This document shows, piece by piece, positions 17,513-23,252 of a stretch of DNA of 23,252 nt. Source of the DNA: Microcoleaceae cyanobacterium (GTDB lineage Bacteria > Cyanobacteriota > Cyanobacteriia > Cyanobacteriales > Microcoleaceae); assembly GCA_051652765.1 (NCBI GenBank), contig JBOFUV010000085.1, positions 1-23,252 on the forward strand, in the 5' to 3' direction. The position numbers were made by a program, and so were the translations under genes. Each line of letters opens with the position of its first letter. Position 1 is the first letter of the stretch. Below the pieces are notes generated by a model. It was not told where the DNA came from. It was given only the letters and a program-made list of their open reading frames with translations, and searched no databases.

Positions 17513-19108
17513 ATGACTCAACAACCTTCAATGATGGGTTCAATGACAGCTTCAAGAACTCTGCAAGCAACGATTCAAACAACGATCCAAATCTTGAGTC
17601 AACAGGCAGAAACATACACCACCGTAGAAAACTGGGATGGGGCGATCGCCTGTTGTCAAAAAATGATTGAACTCAATCCAAAATGGGTTCATGCCTATCA
17701 AAAACTAGGTCATCTTTTCCTTAAAAATCAACAGTTTCAACAAGCTATTGAAGTTTGTCAAATTGCCATTCAACTTGATCCAAACTTTTTCTGGTCTTAC
17801 AATCACTTAGGAGAAGCTTTAACTAAACTGAACCGTTGGGAAGAAGCAGTTTTAATTTATCAAGCAGCCCTTAAACTCAAGTCAGATTTCTTCTGGACTT
17901 ACAACAACTTAGGAGAAGCTTTAGTTCAACTGAAAAGATGGCAAGAGGCAGATCAAGTTTATGCTCAGGGAAGCCAGTTAAACTCAAACTTTTTCTGGCT
18001 GTATGAAAATTGGGGACAGGCTTTGACGCAATTAAAGCGTTGGTATGATGCCGAAAAAGTTTATCGCAAAGCAATTGAACTTGAGCCAACCTCTGAGCAG
18101 TCTTATTACAACTTAGGTCATGTATTAACTCGGTTGCAACGTTGGCAAGATGCAGTAGACTGCTTTGAAAATACTCTAAAAATCAAACCAGATTTTCCAC
18201 AAGCCCAACAGAAACTGGAGAATGCCTGTCGAGTTTTACAAGACCTGCAAAGACAACAGGAACAATCAACAGCCGATCAATTAAACCCAATTGATTGGCT
18301 GAAATATTATCCAATTTGGGGTGAAGCTTCTTCTTATATCATTCATAAAACTTCCCCCACAAAGTTTGATGATCAAACTCAAACCTGGAACTTTCCAATT
18401 CCTCCTAAACATTTACAATTTGTTTTCAGTCAAAGTGATGAATACTATTTGCAATCTGGGATAGTTCAAATCAATACGTTACTAAAGACATTGCAAAAAT
18501 TTGGGCTCTCTCTACAACCAGGTCATCGCATTCTAGACTTGGGCTGTGCTGCAGGTCGTATGATTCGAGAATTGGCGACGTTCACAAAGACTTGTGAGAT
18601 CTGGGGGGTCGATATTAGTGGGGATTGTATTACCTGGTGCAAACAAAATTTAAGCCCGCCATTTCATTTTTTCATCGGAACAACTTTGCCTCATTTACCT
18701 TTTGAGGATCGATATTTTGACCTGATTTATGCAGGTTCTGTTTTTACCCATATTGATGATTTAGCAGATACTTGGTTCTTGGAACTCCGACGAGTGCTAA
18801 AACCAGGAGGAGTTGCCTATGTCACGATTCAAGAACAGCATTTAGTTCATACAATTCAAGCTTTTTATCAAGACTGGTTAGAACAAAATAATGTTTGGTC
18901 AAATGCTCAAAAAGTAGAGTGTATTCAGAAATATACTGAATATTCCCAAGCGGATTTTGCAATGTTTACTCTAGGACGAGATACGCGATCACTAGTCTTC
19001 TATAATTTAGAGGATTTCTGTCAGCAGCGTCAACCTTTTTACAAGATTGTAGATATCAAACGAGAAGCGTATTATTGGCAGACAGGTATCCTACTCCAAC
19101 GAACTTAA
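17513..19108 (+). CDS. TPR-repeat protein fused to a class I SAM-dependent methyltransferase
   Basis: About six 34-aa TPRs (e.g. FFWSYNHLGEALTKLNRWEEAVLIYQAALKLKSD), then SAM motif I (ILDLGCAAG), LPFEDRYFDLIYAGSVFTH and LRRVLKPGG. Confidence 0.87.
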   Translation: MTQQPSMMGSMTASRTLQATIQTTIQILSQQAETYTTVENWDGAIACCQKMIELNPKWVHAYQKLGHLFLKNQQFQQAIEVCQIAIQLDPNFFWSYNHLGEALTKLNRWEEAVLIYQAALKLKSDFFWTYNNLGEALVQLKRWQEADQVYAQGSQLNSNFFWLYENWGQALTQLKRWYDAEKVYRKAIELEPTSEQSYYNLGHVLTRLQRWQDAVDCFENTLKIKPDFPQAQQKLENACRVLQDLQRQQEQSTADQLNPIDWLKYYPIWGEASSYIIHKTSPTKFDDQTQTWNFPIPPKHLQFVFSQSDEYYLQSGIVQINTLLKTLQKFGLSLQPGHRILDLGCAAGRMIRELATFTKTCEIWGVDISGDCITWCKQNLSPPFHFFIGTTLPHLPFEDRYFDLIYAGSVFTHIDDLADTWFLELRRVLKPGGVAYVTIQEQHLVHTIQAFYQDWLEQNNVWSNAQKVECIQKYTEYSQADFAMFTLGRDTRSLVFYNLEDFCQQRQPFYKIVDIKREAYYWQTGILLQRT

Positions 19109-19165
19109 TACATCTGAAATCATTAACTAGATCTGCTTCACGAAAATGATTCAACTCAGCAAGTT

Positions 19166-21439
19166 TTAAGCTAATAGGTAAAATTTTTCTAGTGCTTGAA
19201 TGCAAGCGTTATCTTCATACAAAATATGCTTATTGTTCTGGATTTTCTCGACAATAGCTTTTCTCCAGGCCGAATTGTATCCTAGCTGAACAGCGATTTC
19301 ACAATACTCTGTCTCATTCTGAGCAACTGTTTCTGTTACGTCGATGCGCTGTAAAATCCCAGCAGACTGACGACCCCGCATGAATTCTCCCCTACAAGTA
19401 ACAATTGGTAAATTACAAGCAATACTGTCCAGGGTTGTTAAAAATCCTGTAAATCCAATTGTATCTAAGCCAATATCTGCTAATAAATTGAGCTGTAGAT
19501 AGTCAAACTTACTTAACCTAGGTAAAATGATACAGTAATCTTCACTATTTAAGCTTCTCTTTTTGAATTCTCGTTGCAGTCGATTTTTAAACTGTTTTGT
19601 AATTGCAGCATTCCAGTGAGCAATAAATATAATTTGAGCTGAATTAACCTGCTGAGTAATTTCAGTAAAAATAAAATCATACTGAGGTAAATACTTGAAT
19701 AAAGATTGACAAGAGAGATAAATAATAGCATCCTCATTCAGCCCAAAATCAGATCGACACTTTTGTAATTTAGGAACTTCAGCAATCCAGTAATGAATTC
19801 CCAAGTTGGGTAAACAAACCAACTGTTCTGAATAGTGATTCTGAGCGTTTTTAGGTTCGAGCAATTCTGCCGAAAGGTAATAGTTAATAGTGGGTAAACC
19901 TGTTGTAACAGGATGACCCCAAGCAGCACATTGAACTGGAGCGAGTTGCAATCCAGCAAGTTGAGTTGCTTTTGGGCACATGCCAATATCTAAAAAAACG
20001 AGAATATCTAATTGGTCAGTATAAATTTGTTGACCAATTGCTTCTAAGGAATTAGGAATGTGGAAAAAGTAATCGCTATAGAGTCGAAACAAATCAGTAA
20101 TTTCATCAATTTCTGAACCGATATGATAGCAGTAAACTTCAAATTCTTGCCGATTAAATTCCCTTACCCAACCCAAGAAGACTAGACCTATTGTATGCCA
20201 ACTAAAAAACTCAGAGAGATACCCAACTTTAATTTTCCTTTTAATTTTTCTCCCCGAAGTTTTAGGACGTTTGGGTAAGGGCTGTGCCCACTTTGGGTAA
20301 TTGGCTGCCATGACTTGATGAACCAATTGGCCATACTTTTTTTGGAGTTCTAAATCATCCCTAGCTTGATACTGAAGATAAAAGTTTGTACCTGCTGCAA
20401 TCCCAGACAAAGCCTTGACTTTTAGGCTCGGATCATTCAGATCAATCATATTAACTAAGTCAGTTAACCCTTGACTCAATCGCTCTCGGTAGAATTCAAT
20501 TTCCAGAGGAGTTTCATACAAAATCGGGAGTAACCTTTGACAGACAAACCGAAGTGAAATCTCTTCCGAAAAATGTTGAACTGCCAATTCAGAAAGGTCT
20601 AATGCGGCTTGAATTTGGCCTGTATTTTGTAACATCAGAATCCAAGCCAGGTAGAGTTCAATGGCCTCTGGATAATGTTCTAGACCAAGCTGATAGAGTT
20701 CAATGGCTTGGTCATCCTGTTCTAACTGTTGATAACAGTCTGCCAGGGCTAAGTACACGTCAACGGTTCCGCAGCTATTGGCTAATACTTCTTGATAGGA
20801 TTCGATTGCTTCTGGGTACTGAAATTGGTAGTAAGCCGCTAGACCAAACTGTAACGCAGCTTGGGAGAAATCTTGATAAACCGTAAAAGCAATTCCAAGT
20901 TGAGTCAACAGTTCAGGATGTCTAGAATCATGCTCAAGTCCCGTCTGATATATTGCGATCGCCTGTGGAATTTGTTGCTGGACTATTAGGAGATTTCCTA
21001 AATTTAAATAATTGATGGGTTCAGTCGGATTCAGTTGAATTGATGCTTGATAGTTGACCTGAGCTTGCTCAAAGTCTCCGAGTTCCAAGAACAAGTTCCC
21101 CAATTGATGGTAGCTTTGACCATCCTCAGGGCTAAGCCGAACTGACGTTTGATGCGCTTGAATGGCTGGGCTAAAATCTCCTAGTTTTTCTAAAATTAGA
21201 CCCAGGTAATAAAAAGATATGGCCTGAGTTGAATTCAACGCTAAAGCTTGTTCAGTTGCGACTAATGCAGCTTCGTAATTTTCTTGAGCTAAATAAACTC
21301 TGCCTAACTCTCGCCAAGCGTCTGCATGATGTCCTTCAACCTGAAGAAATTGGCGATATTTTTCTTCGGATTCCTTGAGGTTTCCAACACAGTGTAAGGC
21401 CATAGCCTCACTAAACAACTGTCTTGATGATTCATCCAT
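19166..21439 (-). CDS. TPR-repeat O-GlcNAc transferase / SPINDLY-like glycosyltransferase (GT41)
   Basis: N-terminal TPRs, then GT41 motifs KIKVGYLS...HTIG, LDILVFLDIG, LAPVQCAAWGHPVTTGLPTINYYLS, QSLFKY and LDTIGFTGFLTT. Confidence 0.87.
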   Translation of the reverse strand: MDESSRQLFSEAMALHCVGNLKESEEKYRQFLQVEGHHADAWRELGRVYLAQENYEAALVATEQALALNSTQAISFYYLGLILEKLGDFSPAIQAHQTSVRLSPEDGQSYHQLGNLFLELGDFEQAQVNYQASIQLNPTEPINYLNLGNLLIVQQQIPQAIAIYQTGLEHDSRHPELLTQLGIAFTVYQDFSQAALQFGLAAYYQFQYPEAIESYQEVLANSCGTVDVYLALADCYQQLEQDDQAIELYQLGLEHYPEAIELYLAWILMLQNTGQIQAALDLSELAVQHFSEEISLRFVCQRLLPILYETPLEIEFYRERLSQGLTDLVNMIDLNDPSLKVKALSGIAAGTNFYLQYQARDDLELQKKYGQLVHQVMAANYPKWAQPLPKRPKTSGRKIKRKIKVGYLSEFFSWHTIGLVFLGWVREFNRQEFEVYCYHIGSEIDEITDLFRLYSDYFFHIPNSLEAIGQQIYTDQLDILVFLDIGMCPKATQLAGLQLAPVQCAAWGHPVTTGLPTINYYLSAELLEPKNAQNHYSEQLVCLPNLGIHYWIAEVPKLQKCRSDFGLNEDAIIYLSCQSLFKYLPQYDFIFTEITQQVNSAQIIFIAHWNAAITKQFKNRLQREFKKRSLNSEDYCIILPRLSKFDYLQLNLLADIGLDTIGFTGFLTTLDSIACNLPIVTCRGEFMRGRQSAGILQRIDVTETVAQNETEYCEIAVQLGYNSAWRKAIVEKIQNNKHILYEDNACIQALEKFYLLA

Positions 21440-21477
21440 AGTTGCAAAACTGACGGAAGAAAATCTATAGACAATGT

Positions 21478-22479
21478 TTATCGACCGCCGCCTCCATTGG
21501 GACGAGGATTGGAAATTGGGGGTGTTGGCCGAATTGTCGGGCGAACGGTGGGTCGAACGGTGGGTCGAACGGTAGGAGTCGGATTGGGACGATTCAGACC
21601 TGGAGCAGTTGGGCGATTTCCTCCAGAACTGGGGCGATTGCTACCTCCGCCGCCGGGACGACCCGTGGGTCGATTGCTTTGCTGAGCCTGTAACTGAGCA
21701 ATCGAAAGCTTTTCTAAGGATTGGGCTGCCGTCTGGCGGATTTGGCGATCGCTTGCTTGCAGGGCCTCTGTGACGTTTGGTAAGGCTGAGGCATGAATCC
21801 GACCGAGGGCAAAGGCTGCTTTGGCCCGCACTTGGGGGTTCTCATGGGTCAACGCCTGGGTCAGGGCCGGAACCGCAGGTTGACCAATCCGCTTGAGGGC
21901 GATCGCGGCTCCGACGCGCACTTCTTCATCGGTATCCTGTAGCCCTACAATCAGGGCAGAAATCCCTGGAGTTGCCTCTGGCCCGAGCAGTCCCAAACCA
22001 ACTGTTGCACCTTGACGGACTGAGGCATTATCGTGACCTAAAGCCGTTTCTAGCTCAGTTAAAATCATGTTCAGGCTGGCTGGAGAAGCCAAAGCAATTT
22101 GACGGAGAGCGATTGCTGCATCAATCCGTTCGGCTTGTTCCCAGGTTTTTAGAGCAGATAACAGCGCTGGAATTGCTTCAATCGCCCCTGAACCGATTGA
22201 CCCTAGAGCAAAAGCTGCATTTTTGCGGATAGGTTCCTCGGGAGATGCCAGGGACTCCACTAGAATCGGAACGACCGGAGAACCAATCTGCTTGAGGGTG
22301 CGAACGGCGGCTAGACGATCCTGACGATTAGTACTGTTTAATTTTTCGACTTGATTCAGAACTTCACTGGTTGCTGTGGCTTGGAACTGAACCTTGCCAA
22401 GGAGAAGCAAAATGGCAGATAAACTCAGGAACGTGAATCTCGAAGACCCCAGAAATGGCAACCTAAAATTTCTGTTCAT
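21478..22479 (-). CDS. HEAT-repeat (PBS-lyase HEAT-like) protein with an N-terminal hydrophobic segment and a Pro/Arg/Gly/Thr-rich tail
   Basis: Repeats such as IRKNAAFALGSIG, VRVGAAIALKRIG and VRAKAAFALGRI. N-terminal FTFLSLSAILLLLG. C-terminal NRP../PTVR repeats. Confidence 0.82.
   Translation of the reverse strand: MNRNFRLPFLGSSRFTFLSLSAILLLLGKVQFQATATSEVLNQVEKLNSTNRQDRLAAVRTLKQIGSPVVPILVESLASPEEPIRKNAAFALGSIGSGAIEAIPALLSALKTWEQAERIDAAIALRQIALASPASLNMILTELETALGHDNASVRQGATVGLGLLGPEATPGISALIVGLQDTDEEVRVGAAIALKRIGQPAVPALTQALTHENPQVRAKAAFALGRIHASALPNVTEALQASDRQIRQTAAQSLEKLSIAQLQAQQSNRPTGRPGGGGSNRPSSGGNRPTAPGLNRPNPTPTVRPTVRPTVRPTIRPTPPISNPRPNGGGGR
21530..21577. repeat. 12-bp tandem repeat x4 encoding PTVR/PTIR in the HEAT protein tail
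   Basis: cgaattgtcggg cgaacggtgggt cgaacggtgggt cgaacggtagga. Confidence 0.85.
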
Positions 22480-22782
22480 AGCATTTGCTCCATTCTTGAA
22501 CTCGAACTACAGACTTTAATCGCCTGCCCTAATTAAATATTCTATCGCTGAGAGTATTTTAATTTACAATGACTAATTCAACTCTCAATTTACCTAAGTA
22601 ATTTACCTTACCTAACAATGCACAATCGAGACAGCCATGTCAGTTGCCAAGTCACACTGGAATTGGGTGTCAAGGCATTCAACCAGCGGTGAGTTGCTTC
22701 TCACTGGAGTTGCTCAATCTAGCCGTTGCTCTTGAGAGTAAAGACGAGTTGACGATCAGGGCGCAAACCAGAACATTCATCT

Positions 22783-22916
22783 CTAGCAATTCTTACTTTC
22801 ACTTATTTTCAAAAGTTTGATCTTTGAAACCCTTAGACAAAAAAGTTTTGATCATGACTTACGATCTGAAAAATCCCTGGAATCCGGTAGACTCACTCTA
22901 GAATAAAAATTGCTGG
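22783..22916. mobile_element. MITE-like element, copy 2
   Basis: Ends CTAGCAATTCTTA ... TAAAAATTGCTGG form an inverted repeat (11/13 match). Same core and orientation as copy 1. Confidence 0.65.
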
Positions 22917-22923
22917 AAACACG

Positions 22924-23252
22924 ATGACTGAAACAATTGAAACTCAGATTGTCAACGCTGAAGAACGGCTCAGACAGGCAATGCTGGCTTCTGATATCAG
23001 CGTTTTGAATACACTACTAGCCCCTGAAATTATCATCACTAGCCATCTTGGAGAACGATTAGGAAAACAAGATGATCTAGCGGCCCATGACTCTGGTTTG
23101 ATTAAAATAGATGAGTTGCAACCTTCTGAGCAGCATATTCAAATTCATCAAGGAGTGGCAATCGTTTCAGTCCGAATGCAGTTGTCTGGTCGTTACAACG
23201 GCAGCCCTGCAAAGGGTGATTTTCGTTTCACGCGAGTTTGGGCTGTCTCTTC
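22924..23252 (+). CDS. NTF2-like / DUF4440 family protein; runs off the right edge
   Basis: Not in the ORF track. Manual translation: MTETIETQIVNAEERLRQAMLASDISVLNTLLAPEIIITSHLGERLGKQDDLAAHDSG...VAIVSVRMQLSGRYNGSPAKGDFRFTRVWAVS. The RFTRVW motif and overall pattern fit DUF4440. Confidence 0.82.
   Translation, partial: MTETIETQIVNAEERLRQAMLASDISVLNTLLAPEIIITSHLGERLGKQDDLAAHDSGLIKIDELQPSEQHIQIHQGVAIVSVRMQLSGRYNGSPAKGDFRFTRVWAVS

Larger units (their letters stand above)
903..21906. repeat. HIP1 octamer GCGATCGC, dispersed
   Basis: Exact copies start at 903, 1553, 3289, 3805, 9440, 13569, 14248, 16151, 16588, 17642, 20955, 21745 and 21899. About 0.35 would be expected by chance at uniform base composition. 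HIP1 is a cyanobacterial hallmark. Confidence 0.9.

Noticed and set aside
17783..18045. 102-bp-period nucleotide similarity
   Set aside because: Explained by consecutive 34-aa TPR units. It is not a CRISPR array or a separate repeat.
19109..19165. Bidirectional terminator between the convergent TPR genes
   Set aside because: Only a weak AT-rich inverted repeat with a long loop. There is no GC stem or U-tract.
9449..22232. Short ORFs nested in pucC, the hydrolase, cruH, cruE, tldD, the TPR genes and the HEAT gene (including 15894-16124 and 20554-20886)
   Set aside because: They overlap well-supported CDSs and have no motifs. None looks like a convincing RiPP precursor for TldD.
21478..22479. 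Calling the HEAT protein a CpcE/CpcF phycobilin lyase serving the CBCR
   Set aside because: The N-terminal hydrophobic segment and disordered tail do not fit, CBCR GAFs attach bilin autocatalytically, and HEAT repeats alone are non-specific.
22598..22611. GTA-N8-TAC (NtcA-like box) GTAATTTACCTTAC
   Set aside because: No TAN3T -10 element at the usual ~22-nt spacing on either strand. It sits in a low-complexity TTACCT repeat, so it is probably chance.
22637..22735. 32-codon ORF (MSVAKSHWNW...) in the last intergenic region
   Set aside because: Short, with no clear ribosome-binding site or recognisable motif.

Overview
Cyanobacterial chromosomal window (at least 13 exact HIP1 octamers, GCGATCGC). 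Bases 1-7.3 kb (minus strand) hold a taxis operon: PatA-family regulator, CheY, CheW, MCP and the 5' part of CheA. The MCP is a PixJ-like cyanobacteriochrome photoreceptor with five tandem GAF domains of DXCF type. It has no transmembrane segment and appears to have lost its TM/periplasmic module by an in-frame deletion. Next come a REC-histidine kinase, a PucC/BCD-family MFS protein, an ABHD14B-like alpha/beta hydrolase, a cNMP-binding protein and a cruE-cruH-like aromatic carotenoid pair. These are followed by a TldD protease without an adjacent TldE, a TPR-methyltransferase, a TPR/GT41 O-GlcNAc-transferase-like gene, a HEAT-repeat protein with a Pro/Thr/Arg tail and a partial DUF4440/NTF2-like gene. 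Two diverged copies of a ~125-135 bp MITE-like element with terminal inverted repeats lie in the cruE/tldD and HEAT/DUF4440 divergent intergenic regions. Short tandem duplications, mostly 12 bp, recur across the window. No rRNA, tRNA, CRISPR array or transposase was seen. All protein calls come from motif recognition, not database searches.
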